Source: an uncultured Rivularia sp. (lineage in GTDB: Bacteria; Cyanobacteriota; Cyanobacteriia; Cyanobacteriales; Nostocaceae). From it: 64,000 nt of DNA. Shown here piece by piece: positions 1-10,216 of the stretch (its first letter is position 1; every line of letters begins with the position of its first letter). Position numbers and translations under genes: made by a program. Location of the stretch: contig OY762007.1 of NCBI GenBank assembly GCA_963665115.1, positions 1,312,001 to 1,376,000 on the forward strand, read 5' to 3'. Below the pieces are notes generated by a model that saw only the letters and a list, made by a program, of their open reading frames with translations, had not been told where the DNA came from and did no database searches.

Positions 1-6
1 ATTTTA

Positions 7-1972
7 TTGATGTCGAGCGACCCTCGCTCTGCATTTGAATCATTAAAAAAGAATCAGTCATCTAAACTAGCCGCTCGGTGTGGAGCTAGAGACGCGGATA
101 TATTTTGGTTGCGTTTAGAACGTTACTTTGAGGATTTATATTATCCCTTAATGGATCTTTATGGGAATTGCGATGATGCAATAGAGCAATTTGGATTACT
201 GTTTGACCAGATGGTTGATGCTTACGCAGTTAGACCCCGAACCATTGAGGCTTCTGGATTTAGAGAGACAATTTACCCAAAGATGGTTTCAAGAACCCAA
301 CATGGTGGGCTACGTTTGTTATACTGAGCTGTTTGTAAGTAATATCGACAAGTTACGAGAAAAAATTAGCTACTTCCAAGAACTCGGTATTACTTATCTC
401 CACTTGATGCCATTGCTGGAGCCTCGATCGGGAAAAAGTGATGGTGGCTACGCCGTGCAAGACTACCGCAAAGTTAACCCGGAATTGGGCACGATGTCAG
501 ATTTACAACAGTTATCTGAAGAACTTCATGCCTGTGGTATCAGCCTGTGCTTAGATTTAGTGCTAAATCATACCGCAAAAGAACATGAATGGGCGCAACG
601 GGCAATAGCTGGAGAAGAAGAGTATTTAGACTACTACTATACATATAGCGATCGCACTTTACCGGATATCTACGAGCCAGACTTACCAGAAATCTTTCCC
701 GATGACGCACCGGGAAATTTCAGTTGGTATCCGAATATGGCAGATAATGGACGTTGGGTTTGGACAACCTTTAACGAATTCCAATGGGATCTTAACTACA
801 CCAACCCTACGGTATTTCGAGAAATAGTTGACATCATGTTTTTCCTATCCAACCAAGGTGCCGATATCTTACGGTTAGATGCCGCACCGTTTATTTGGAA
901 GCGTGAGGGAACCAACTGTCAAAATCAACCCGAAGTATTTCAAATTATCCAAGCGTTTCGAGCTGTAATGCGAGTTGTTGCTCCAGGGACAATTCTTAAA
1001 GCTGAAGCAATCGTACCTCCAGACGAACTACAGAAATATCTTGGTGTAAAAGCAACGGTTGAGAAACAATGTGAATTAGCATATAACAATCAGCTAATGG
1101 TGCTGCTGTGGAGTTCCTTAGCCACCCGCAAAGTCAATTTGATGACTCATGTATTTCATAGCTCGCCAAAAATCATGATTGGTTGCGCTCCCATCAACTA
1201 CATCCGCAACCACGATGATATTGGCTGGGCAATGACTGATGAAGCTCTGGAAACAGTTGGTGAGAACGGTTTTCTTCACCGACAATTCCTCAATGAATTC
1301 TACAGTGGCAACTTTGATGGTTCTTTCGCCAAAGGAAGTTTGTTTCAGTTCAATCCAGAAACCAAAGATGCTCGGATAACTGGTACCACAGCATCCCTAT
1401 GCGGTTTGGAAAAAGCCCTAACAACAGGATCGGAGCGTGAAATTGATTTAGCCGTGCGTCGTATTCTATTGGTGCATAGCATTATTTTTGGATTTGGTGG
1501 CATCCCAGTAATTCACATGGGAGATGAAATAGGTTTGTTCAACGATTACTCTTACATGAACGATCCAATCAAAGCCACAGATAACCGTTGGATGCATCGC
1601 CCGTCAATGGATTGGGAGAAAGCAGAATTACGAAATGATTCTACTACTATTGAAGGAAGAATTTTTCAAGGACTTCTTCATTTAATTAAAGCCCGCAAAT
1701 CCACCTCACTGCTTCACTGTTTTTCATACTTCACCCCAATGTGGAGTGGTAACGATAGTGTTTTAGCATACTGCCAAAAGCGTCCAGAAGGAAGCTTAAT
1801 GGTATTAGCCAACTTTAGCGAAACCGAAAAATCAGTTGATGCTAATTTACTAAAATATGCCGAGATGACAGGAAGCATTCGTAACTTACTAGTTTCTGGC
1901 GCTCCCCCAAATATTATTAACGGACGCATCCATCTGCAAACCTATGAAACTATGTGGTTAGTTGATAATTAA
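7..1972 (+). CDS. Amylosucrase-like GH13 alpha-amylase family protein, split by a +1 frameshift at C-run 235-238
   Basis: ORFs 7..327 and 191..1972 join (…YAVRPEPLRLLDLER…) if one C is removed. GH13 motifs: SDGGYAV, DLVLNHT, LRLDAAPF, LKAEAIV, IRNHDDIGW. Confidence 0.85.
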
Positions 1973-2005
1973 AACGGGCATATTGTATAGAAGAAAAATA
2001 ACTAA

Positions 2006-2033
2006 TGTAGAGACGTAGCATTGCTACGTCTCC
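2006..2033. repeat. REP-like short palindromic repeat (tgtagagacgtagca…tgctacgtctc)
   Basis: Inverted repeat; a related copy lies at about 29678-29705. Confidence 0.6.
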
Positions 2034-2112
2034 CAGTATTTTGATAGATAACGAGAATTCAGCGAAATCATAAAATACCTGTGTATTTCATAGCGAACAT
2101 AAAAACATATCA

Positions 2113-2180
2113 GGGACTTACGCAGCGATACTGAGATCCCCCCAACCCCCCTTTTTAAACGGGGGCTTTGCGTAAGTCCT
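2113..2180. mobile_element. Small MITE-like dispersed repeat with GGACTTACGCA terminal inverted repeats
   Basis: ggacttacgca (2114-2124) pairs with tgcgtaagtcc (2169-2179). Same ends as the element at 9917-10041. The inner C/G-rich hairpin is also seen at about 22550-22586. Confidence 0.7.
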
Positions 2181-2240
2181 ACATACAATAAAATTTAATT
2201 AGTGAGGTTTTAGGTGTATTGGAATCAACTGAAAAGCCCG

Positions 2241-2288
2241 AAAAATAAAAACGCCTTATCCTTCGTATAGGGTGAAGGGATAAGGCGT
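2241..2288 (-). terminator. Probable intrinsic terminator for the 2423-2908 gene
   Basis: Stem acgccttatccttc…gaagggataaggcgt next to an A-tract at 2241-2250 (U-tract on the minus strand). Confidence 0.55.
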
Positions 2289-2422
2289 AGTGCTAGGAAC
2301 AATCTGTAAAACTTTGAAATTGTTTCGATTATCTCAAAGTTACAAATATTTACTAAAATAAAAACTTAAGTATTTCCCACAGCTATAGACAAAACCTATC
2401 TAGTTGAAATTACTTATTCCTA

Positions 2423-2908
2423 TTAACAGCTTACCAACTCTCTTTGGGAAGAATTTTGAAATCTAAAAGTACTAGCAGCCCAGTCTTTCAAATCGGGTGC
2501 CAACCTAACCAACTTGCGTAAAATGTCTTCATTTACGAATAGCACCAAAGGAAACTTAAACTGTTTTCCAAATTCATCTCGCATCAAATTTGTAGAAATA
2601 ATCAGTTGATTAATTGCTTCTACAGACTCCAAACCCCTGACTACCAAAGCATCGGGTTGATTGGAACCAAGTACAGAAACTATATTTGTGTAAAGCGTTT
2701 CTGCCTTTGATGATAAAATCACCTTTCTGATATCCACCGTCGAAAACTCTTTGAGAACGCTGAGAATCTCTTCTTGCTTGTTCGCAGAATTGCAGCACGC
2801 TAATAGCAACGAAAACTCTCCATCGGAAAGCGCGATCGCCCTTGCCAATCTTTGAACAACCGCCGTATCATTTGTCGTACCATTCTGAGAATCAATCAAG
2901 CCTATCAT
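2423..2908 (-). CDS. Hypothetical protein resembling the N-terminal region of cyanobacterial STAND/AAA-associated TPR/WD40 proteins, stand-alone
   Basis: Motifs LARAIALSDGEFSLLLACCN, NLMRDEF…FPLVLFV, LAPDLKDWA. The start site is uncertain (2908 or 2920). Confidence 0.5.
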   Translation of the reverse strand: MIGLIDSQNGTTNDTAVVQRLARAIALSDGEFSLLLACCNSANKQEEILSVLKEFSTVDIRKVILSSKAETLYTNIVSVLGSNQPDALVVRGLESVEAINQLIISTNLMRDEFGKQFKFPLVLFVNEDILRKLVRLAPDLKDWAASTFRFQNSSQRELVSC

Positions 2909-3129
2909 CAGTAATCCCAAGTTTCCTTTTAGTGAACTTATCCAAACCAGATATCCAATTTATCAGTACAATCACTCAACGAACTCATGCTTAAGAATGA
3001 TATGTACGAGTCAAATGAATTACTTTTTTACCCCAACTACTTAAGTATACTCAGAAGGTAATTATTGAGGATGTGGTGCCGCACCCCGCATTTTTAATTA
3101 CTAAGTATTAGGTGTCGGTAGAATTACGA

Positions 3130-3315
3130 TGAGAGATGGGGAGATGGGGAGATGGGGAGATAGGGGGATGGGGGAATGGGGAGATGGGGAGATGGGGAGA
3201 TAGGGGGATGGGGAGATAGGGAGAAAAAATGGTTAGTCGTTAGGGAGCAAGATGCTCCCACTCCTAACTATTCCCAATGCCCCATGCCCAATGCCCAATC
3301 CTCAATTCCCAATCC
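3130..3315. repeat. STRR-type tandem repeats (GGAGATGGG; CCCAATG/CCCCATG)
   Basis: Directly visible 7-9 nt tandem units. Confidence 0.85.
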
Positions 3316-3372
3316 ATGCAACATCCGAAGAGTTATCTAAGTCATCAAAGTTAGTTTTGTACTCAGTAAATT

Positions 3373-4725
3373 ATGAACAAATTTGTGAAGTGGTGTATTA
3401 AGCTGTCTTCGTTTAGTCAGCAGCGCAGACAAAAACCGGCGTTTCTGGCAGCGATTTTTACTCTTTCGCTCATGGCTGGGATAATGTTTTCTGTCCCCGC
3501 ACCGGCTCAAGTCATTATTAAAACTCGTCAGCAACCAGTTATTACAAATCAAAAGTTACCAACTGTTGCACCTCCTCGTCAATTACCAACTATTAAACCT
3601 CCTCAGCCGCAAACTGTTACGAATCGCGAGCAATCAACTGAGTTACGAGGAGTATGGTTAACTAATATTGATAGCGATGTTTTATTTTCAAGTAGAAATC
3701 TCACCAATGCTTTAACTCGTCTCAAACAATTAAATTTCAACGTTGTATATCCTGCGGTGTGGAATTGGGGTTATACTCTTTATCCCAGTAGAGTTGCGAG
3801 AAATGTTATTGGACGTAGCGTAGATCCAGAACCTGGGCTTCAAAGGCGCGATATGCTCAAAGAAGCCGTGAGTGAAGGACACGCAAGGGGTTTGAAGGTA
3901 ATTCCCTGGTTTGAATTCGGCTTTATGGCACCGGCAGATTCGCTATTAGCAAAACGTCGTCCTCAATGGCTTACTAGTAAAGTTGACGGTAGCAAAATTA
4001 AGAAAGAAGGTGTTCATAACAGAGTTTGGTTAAATCCTTTTAATCCCGAAGTGCAGGGATTTGTCAAAGATTTAATCGTGGAAATGGTACAAAATTACGA
4101 TATTGACGGGATTCAATTCGACGACCATTTTGGCTTACCATCGGAATATGGATACGATAATTACACCGTAGCTTTATACAAAAAAGAACATAACGGTAAA
4201 GCACCTCCTAGAGATAATAAAAACCCAGAATGGTTAAAATGGCGTGCAGATAAAATTACCGATTTTATGAAAGAGGTATTTTTTGCCATCAAAGCCGTCG
4301 ATCAAAACTGTATCGTTTCAGTAGCACCAAATCCCCAACGCTTTTCCTACGAATACTTTTTAGCAGATTGGAAAAGATGGGAACGGATGGGATTAATCGA
4401 AGATTTGATCATTCAAATTTATCGTAATGACATGAACGTATTCATCAAAGAATTGGAGTATCCCGAAGTCATCGCCGCTAAAAAGCATATTCCCACCAGT
4501 ATCGGCATAATTTCCGGCTTAAAAAACAAACACGTACCTGTAGAACAAATCAAAGCTCAAGTAAAACAAGTGCGCGATCGCAACTTTGCAGGAGTATCAT
4601 TCTTCTTCTACGAAACCCTATGGAACATGAGTAAAGAACCATCGCAACAGCGTCTAAGAGGCTTGCGAGGATTATTTTCCACACCAGCAAAGTATCCGAG
4701 TTTGTTAGCCGAGTCGAAGAGTTAG
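3373..4725 (+). CDS. Glycoside hydrolase family 10-like (GHL10) exported protein
   Basis: ELRGVWLT, VYPAVWNWGYTLYPS, IPWFEFG, YDIDGIQFDDHF; hydrophobic leader and Pro-rich linker. Confidence 0.85.
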   Translation: MNKFVKWCIKLSSFSQQRRQKPAFLAAIFTLSLMAGIMFSVPAPAQVIIKTRQQPVITNQKLPTVAPPRQLPTIKPPQPQTVTNREQSTELRGVWLTNIDSDVLFSSRNLTNALTRLKQLNFNVVYPAVWNWGYTLYPSRVARNVIGRSVDPEPGLQRRDMLKEAVSEGHARGLKVIPWFEFGFMAPADSLLAKRRPQWLTSKVDGSKIKKEGVHNRVWLNPFNPEVQGFVKDLIVEMVQNYDIDGIQFDDHFGLPSEYGYDNYTVALYKKEHNGKAPPRDNKNPEWLKWRADKITDFMKEVFFAIKAVDQNCIVSVAPNPQRFSYEYFLADWKRWERMGLIEDLIIQIYRNDMNVFIKELEYPEVIAAKKHIPTSIGIISGLKNKHVPVEQIKAQVKQVRDRNFAGVSFFFYETLWNMSKEPSQQRLRGLRGLFSTPAKYPSLLAESKS

Positions 4726-4863
4726 AAGTTAGGAGTTGTTTAATTTTGGATTTTAGATTTTAGATTTTGGATTGAAGAAGTCAGGAATCGTGAGTTGGGA
4801 GTTGCGAATTAGAAGTTTCTAATTTTCTACCCCCTCTACCCTCTCTTCCCCCTCTACCCCCTC

Positions 4864-6351
4864 TCATTCACCCAATCCCCAACCTACCCGCCAAACCGGG
4901 GGACTCAAGGGTATCAAAATTGCAACCATCAAAAATAAAGCTACAAGTCCCAATACAGCGCGTGTATCATCGGGTTCGGTAATTTCGTTTAAGCTTGGAC
5001 GTTCTAAGTCTCTTTGTAAAAATAAAATTACAATCGCCCAATATAAAGCTAGAGAATTACCTAAACCTACTATTCCTAAAATTATTAAAGTTGCGAATGT
5101 AGTACGTCCGGCGATTTTACGTCCGTAAATTGCTTGTACAATTCTACCGCCATCTAGTTGTCCTGCTGGCATCAAATTCAAAGCTGTAACTACTAAACCT
5201 AACCAACCAATAATCACCAAAGGATTTACGTCAACTACTGATGACTGTAAAGCTTTACCAAGAACAATTCGCGCTAAGCTTCCGACTAAAATCGAACCTT
5301 GAAAAAACTCGTTTGGTAGTTGAAATAAACTTCCTTCACGGGAAAGCAGCAATCCCAGAATTAACATCAATAATGAAACAATCCCCCCGACTGCGGGACC
5401 AGCCAAGGAAATATCAAACAAAACTTTACGATTGGGAAGCAATGATTCAAAGCGGGTAATTGCACCGAAAGAACCAATTTCGACTGAAGGAATCAGGTAA
5501 GGTAAACTCAATTTGACTCCGTTACGGCGAGCAAGTACCTGATGTCCCGCTTCGTGAGCCAGCAAAACCGTGAAAAAGCCTGCTGCAATGGGCAAAGCTT
5601 CTTGAAACCTTGCTGGATTAGAAAAGAAATCGAAACTTAATAAAACTCCTCCCGCTTCTAAACTTGTGGCGATAGTTGCTAATAAAAGGATACCTGCAAA
5701 GGCTTTTTGCGCCGGACTCATCGAACGCGGGTCATTGCGGCTCGGTAAGACGATTATCGTAGGTCTACCTTCAGGGTTTTCGAGTAAAAATAGGCGATAT
5801 TTATCACCAACACGCTCGCGTAAACTCGCACTCAAACGGTTGAAAACGTCTTCCGGCTCACCTCTTAAATTACCTTTAAAAATAGCTCCTTCTTGATAAG
5901 CAATAGTTTCAGTCGCAAAATATGTATCGATACCGAAAATACTTCTAATAGTACTTAAATCTTCTTCAGGAATTGGCATTATTTCCGGTTGTGATGGCTG
6001 GTTTCCTGTTGATGGCTGAGTAGAATCTTGCGATGCTTCTTCAGCAATCCTTTCGGATGCTTTCTTCTTAATCATCTCCTCTTGTCCCATCGCCCGCAAC
6101 TGTCTGCCAATAGCTATATATAAACCAGCAAAGGCAATGGAAAGAAAGAGTATACCAGCAACATTGATATAAATTCCGGCAGCAAGTAAGCCAAAATATA
6201 ACAGCCAGGGAGTTATCAACACCACCGACTGAAGCCAAGCCAGGATGCCCAACTGACCAAAAGGCTTGGCGCGAACAAAGCCCCATCCCAAAATTCCGAA
6301 AGCAACCAATACAATCACAGCTATAATTGCTGATTCTGATGAATTTAACAT
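4864..6351 (-). CDS. Site-2 protease (peptidase M50) family membrane metalloprotease
   Basis: HEAGH zinc motif and NLMPAGQLDGG. The last codons are shifted at G-run 4898-4902; the other frame gives …GLAGRLGIG* with stop at 4868-4870. Confidence 0.9.
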   Translation of the reverse strand: MLNSSESAIIAVIVLVAFGILGWGFVRAKPFGQLGILAWLQSVVLITPWLLYFGLLAAGIYINVAGILFLSIAFAGLYIAIGRQLRAMGQEEMIKKKASERIAEEASQDSTQPSTGNQPSQPEIMPIPEEDLSTIRSIFGIDTYFATETIAYQEGAIFKGNLRGEPEDVFNRLSASLRERVGDKYRLFLLENPEGRPTIIVLPSRNDPRSMSPAQKAFAGILLLATIATSLEAGGVLLSFDFFSNPARFQEALPIAAGFFTVLLAHEAGHQVLARRNGVKLSLPYLIPSVEIGSFGAITRFESLLPNRKVLFDISLAGPAVGGIVSLLMLILGLLLSREGSLFQLPNEFFQGSILVGSLARIVLGKALQSSVVDVNPLVIIGWLGLVVTALNLMPAGQLDGGRIVQAIYGRKIAGRTTFATLIILGIVGLGNSLALYWAIVILFLQRDLERPSLNEITEPDDTRAVLGLVALFLMVAILIPLSPPVWRVGWGLGE

Positions 6352-6741
6352 CTTTAAATTTAAACCTTCTGACTGTTATCCTACCGACTTCCACAATCGT
6401 TTGCGGTTGGAACGGATATTAATAATTTATAACGATGCTTGTCTGGGAAAAAATTTATATGCAGCGGATTGACTGTTTTTTTGTTTTGTAGTAGTATATC
6501 TTTATAATGGAAATATGTGCGCCTATATATAGGGTATTTGAGAAAAATCAAGCCTTGTAGAGACGCAAATTATAAAGATTTTGAATTATCGCATATAAAT
6601 TTGATTGCACTGTAATGGTGTCCTTGTTTTGGATTATGAACAGCACCTCCACCTATATGCGAACAATAGTTTAATTATTAAAGATTCTCGTTAAGCGTTT
6701 CTATCTGAAAGGTTTCGGGAGCATCTTTGCGGATTTAAATT

Positions 6742-7068
6742 TGTAGTGCGTTAGCGCAGCGTGTCTGTCAGGACAAGCATCTTGCTGGCGATTAATAGAC
6801 ATCTCCGGAAAACATTTATATGGTTTCAACTTTTCGGTAAAACCTAACCCCTTACCCCCCTTCCCTACGAGGGAAGGGGGAAAATTAAGCCTCTCTCCCT
6901 GTGGGGGAGAGGTACTCTACGAGAAAACGCTTCGCGTTCATGGAGAGGGGTTTTTGTTTATTTCCGGAGATGTCTAATACCTCTTGCTCGCGATTAGTGT
7001 ATCTTGCTGGCTATTATTGCATCTTGCTCGTTAATTACCACCAGGGAGCGAGACGCTCCCACTACGAT
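6742..7068. repeat. Composite REP-like element containing four 20-nt direct repeats (gcatcttgctggcgattaat-like), interrupted by a MITE
   Basis: Units at about 6777, 6979, 6999 and 7019; right arm gggagcgagacgctcccactac. Confidence 0.65.
6798..6974. mobile_element. MITE with 14-bp perfect TIRs (GACATCTCCGGAAA) and 5-bp target duplication TAATA
   Basis: TIRs at 6798-6811 and 6961-6974; TAATA at 6793-6797 and 6975-6979. Removing the element restores the 20-nt repeat period. Confidence 0.8.
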
Positions 7069-7544
7069 ATGTTTTTCAAAAATTGGGATACTTACAAAGG
7101 TTTCTCTATTATTTTGAATATTAATGAAAGTTTCGTTAATTTATTAAGTATCAGAAACAGCTAGCTTAAGCTTATAGTTTCGGTAATACGATAAAATCGG
7201 AATACCATATAAACCCTTGGAATTAAGAGCCAAATAGCAAATTATCATCTTCATTAAAAATACTTCTTTCCTCAGAATAAACATTAGAAAACTTTAAAAT
7301 ATAAATACAGTCAGCATAAGTATTTAAAGGTTTAGTGATGTAAATACTTCAATAATGGCTTAAAAATATAATTAACTATAAAATAATAGTCTATTTGGGT
7401 TGAAAATAAAATATCAATAATATTTTACAGAGATATCTTTATATGATTTTAAGTAATAGCGCGTATAAGAATCTTAGTTAAACTCAGTTAAAATTGTTTC
7501 AAAACAAGCTTTTAATAAATATTTGTATTAATTAGGATATCAAG

Positions 7545-7919
7545 GTGAAAATATCAAAAATAACGATAATTATCTTGGCATTAGGAGCAATTGTGTATAG
7601 CTCCAAAGCTAATGCCACAAATTCATCTTCAAATACACGAATTAAACCTGAATCTAACTTACAACTAGCTCAAGCCCAAAATGCGGCAAAATATTTTAAT
7701 AGCGGCATCAAACGCTTAGAGCAAGGGGATTATCAAGGAGCGATTGACGACTTTACCAAAGCAATAGAAATAAATCCCAAACTAGTCGGAGCCTATTACA
7801 ACCGCGCTATTGCTCGTCATCAGTTACAAAATTATCAAAGAGCGATCGCCGACTTTACCAAAGTCATACAAATTAATCCCAAGGATGCCAAAGCTTATAA
7901 AGAGCGTGGTTATGCATAG
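7545..7919 (+). CDS. Secreted TPR protein, truncated (signal peptide plus 2 TPRs and the start of a third, no C-terminal cap)
   Basis: Leader ends in KANA/T; DYQGAIDDFTKAIEINP repeats; stops mid-repeat. Confidence 0.75.
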   Translation: MKISKITIIILALGAIVYSSKANATNSSSNTRIKPESNLQLAQAQNAAKYFNSGIKRLEQGDYQGAIDDFTKAIEINPKLVGAYYNRAIARHQLQNYQRAIADFTKVIQINPKDAKAYKERGYA

Positions 7920-8205
7920 TTGGAAGTAGATAAATTTTGCGTACTTTAATCCGTACTTTAAAAAGAACAATTTTTGAATCTAAACCTTTTCTCCGATCGT
8001 AGGGGAGAGGTTTTACATTGAGAATGATGAAACGACTGTTAGACTAAACTTTATATCTTTAGATGAAATACAATCAATAAATATATTTTCACCTCAATCA
8101 TTAGATAATAATATCTATAAAATTACCAATTCAAGATAGTCAAAAGTTTACCTGATTAAGTTTGTGAACTTTTAATAACTCTTTTTATTTATTTTGATTG
8201 CAATG

Positions 8206-8322
8206 ATGCAAATATCAAAAATAACGGCTGCGGCATTAATATTAGGTTTAATTAGCTTCAGTCGCAAAGCTAATGCAACAGATTTACCTTCGACTATTGA
8301 ATTAAGTAGTGTATTTTTATAA
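8206..8322 (+). pseudogene. Leader-only remnant of a TPR paralogue (MQISKITAAALILGLISFSRKANATDLPSTIEL…)
   Basis: Manual translation matches the N-termini of the 8622 and 10217 genes, then switches at about 8305 to a copy of the upstream DNA at about 6490. Not in the ORF track. Confidence 0.8.
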
Positions 8323-8621
8323 TTGGGGTATTTGTGCCTATATATAGGGGTGTTTGAGAAAGAAAAAGTTCGTACCCTTGTCACAAGATAGCGTAGGTTA
8401 GGTTTCGTTCCTCCAAGCAACATTACCAACTTAAAACTTTATGTAAATTACAATCAAAAAGCATCTTAAAATACATACTCTTCATTGTATATATAAAAAT
8501 CAAATATATAATCAAACTTAATTAGGTAATAGCACGATTAAAATTTTGGTTAAACTCAGCAAACATTGTCTAATAAAAAACTTTGAATAACTAAATACTT
8601 TTCTTAAATAGAACTTTAAAA

Positions 8622-9650
8622 ATGCAAATATCACAAATAACGGCTGCGATATTCTTATTAGGAATAATTGCTTGTAGCCCCAAAGCTAATGCTACAGAAT
8701 TACCTTCAACTACCCAATTAACACCAGCATTTAGCTTAGAGCTAGCTCAAGTAAATATCAAAGATGCTTCAAAATACTTTAATCGTGGCGAAGAGCGCTT
8801 TGAGCAAAGAAATTATCAAGCAGCAATAGCTGATTTCACCCGTGGCATAGAAATTAATCCCAACGATGCCGAAGCCTACTACAAAAGGGGTGTTACGCTT
8901 TTTCGATTAAAAGATTATCAAGAAGCAATAGCCGACTTTACTAAAGCTATAGAAATTAATCCTAAATTAGCCCAAGCAGACTATAACCGCGATTTTGCCT
9001 CTTATCAATTACGAAATAATCAAGAAGCAATGGTTTTTTTCAGCATTAAATCTATCATAAAGTATCCAAAAAAAGCAAAAGACTACGAATCGCGAGGTGG
9101 TGTTTTTTTACTGTTACAACAATATAAAGAAGCAATAGCTGATTTGAAGAAAGGCATCAAAAAGAATCCAAACAATCCCGATACCTATTTCAATCGTGGT
9201 TTTGCCCATTTTCAGTTGAAAGATTATCAAGCAGCAATAGCTGATTTTACTAAAGTTATAGAAATTAATCCTAAAGATGCTGATGTCTATAGAAATAGAG
9301 GTAATGTCTATCTTCATTTAAAAGATTATCAAGCAGCGATGTCTGATTACAATATTGCCTTAGAAATCAATCCTAAATTACCTAAAATCTACTTCAAACG
9401 AGGTCTTATTCGTCTTAATCTCAAAGACTATCAAGCAGCAATAACTGATTTTACTAAAGCCATCGAAATTAATCCCAATTTTGCAGAAGGCTACTATAAT
9501 CGGGGTGTTACTCTTGTATCTTTAGGAGACAGACAACAAGGAATTGCAGATTTGGAAAAAGCTGTCTATCTATTTCAACAACAAGGTAGAAATGCTCAAG
9601 CCCAACAAGTATTTGAAATAATTGGATTGGTGAAAAATTGGTCAAGATAA
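8622..9650 (+). CDS. Secreted TPR repeat protein (about 8 repeats, one degenerate)
   Basis: Signal peptide, 34-aa repeats, C-terminal capping helix. Confidence 0.9.
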   Translation: MQISQITAAIFLLGIIACSPKANATELPSTTQLTPAFSLELAQVNIKDASKYFNRGEERFEQRNYQAAIADFTRGIEINPNDAEAYYKRGVTLFRLKDYQEAIADFTKAIEINPKLAQADYNRDFASYQLRNNQEAMVFFSIKSIIKYPKKAKDYESRGGVFLLLQQYKEAIADLKKGIKKNPNNPDTYFNRGFAHFQLKDYQAAIADFTKVIEINPKDADVYRNRGNVYLHLKDYQAAMSDYNIALEINPKLPKIYFKRGLIRLNLKDYQAAITDFTKAIEINPNFAEGYYNRGVTLVSLGDRQQGIADLEKAVYLFQQQGRNAQAQQVFEIIGLVKNWSR

Positions 9651-9711
9651 TAAATCTTTAGCTTGAAGATAAAATATCAACAATCTCTACATAGATATCT
9701 TCATATATTTT

Positions 9712-9843
9712 AGGGAATGCGAGGGGATTATCAAGGAGCAATCGCTGATTACAACAAAGCTGCTCAACTGTATCAACAACAAGTTAGACGAGCCGAAGCG
9801 CAAAAATGATTTAATATAATTGCGAAAGTTAAAAGTTAGTAAA
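9712..9843 (+). pseudogene. Collapsed TPR gene remnant: first repeat fused directly to the C-terminal cap
   Basis: 9712-9750 is identical over 39 nt to 10389-10427. The rest aligns to about 11860-11958 (cap and 3' flank of the 576-aa gene) and has an in-frame TGA. Confidence 0.8.
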
Positions 9844-9916
9844 ATCCTAAGATACCCAGAAACATCAAATTTTTAATCAAAGCCTTTTCTCTTACTAAGA
9901 GGAGAGGTTTTATATT

Positions 9917-10041
9917 TAGGACTTACGCAACCGGCACATTTTTTTGTAGGGTGCTGTGACACTTTGACCAATATTGAACGTAGTAACAACGTTTTGGGTG
10001 TCACGCACCAACCGGGTAGTGTGACAATTGCGTAAGTCTTG
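9917..10041. mobile_element. MITE with AGGACTTACGCAA TIRs and 5-bp target duplication ATATT
   Basis: TIRs at 9918-9930 and 10028-10040 (1 mismatch); ATATT at 9912-9916 and 10042-10046; empty paralogous site at about 8005-8030. Confidence 0.8.
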
Positions 10042-10216
10042 ATATTGATAACGATAAAATATCAGCTAAACTTAACTTCATATAAATAGCACTCAAAAAA
10101 TATATTTTTACCTGAATTATTATTGAATAATATTTATAAAGTTTCAAATTTCAAATAGTCAAAGTTTTGCGAAAATCAATCTTTAATTAAACTGTTTATT
10201 TATCTTAGTTATTAGA

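Noticed and set aside
6777..7040. 20-nt direct repeats as a possible CRISPR array
   Set aside because: The units are contiguous without unique spacers, they are degenerate, and there are no cas genes.
6901..7164. 87-aa ORF
   Set aside because: Runs through MITE/REP sequence and has no protein-like features.
8172..8429. 85-aa minus-strand ORF
   Set aside because: Antisense shadow of the TPR leader remnant.
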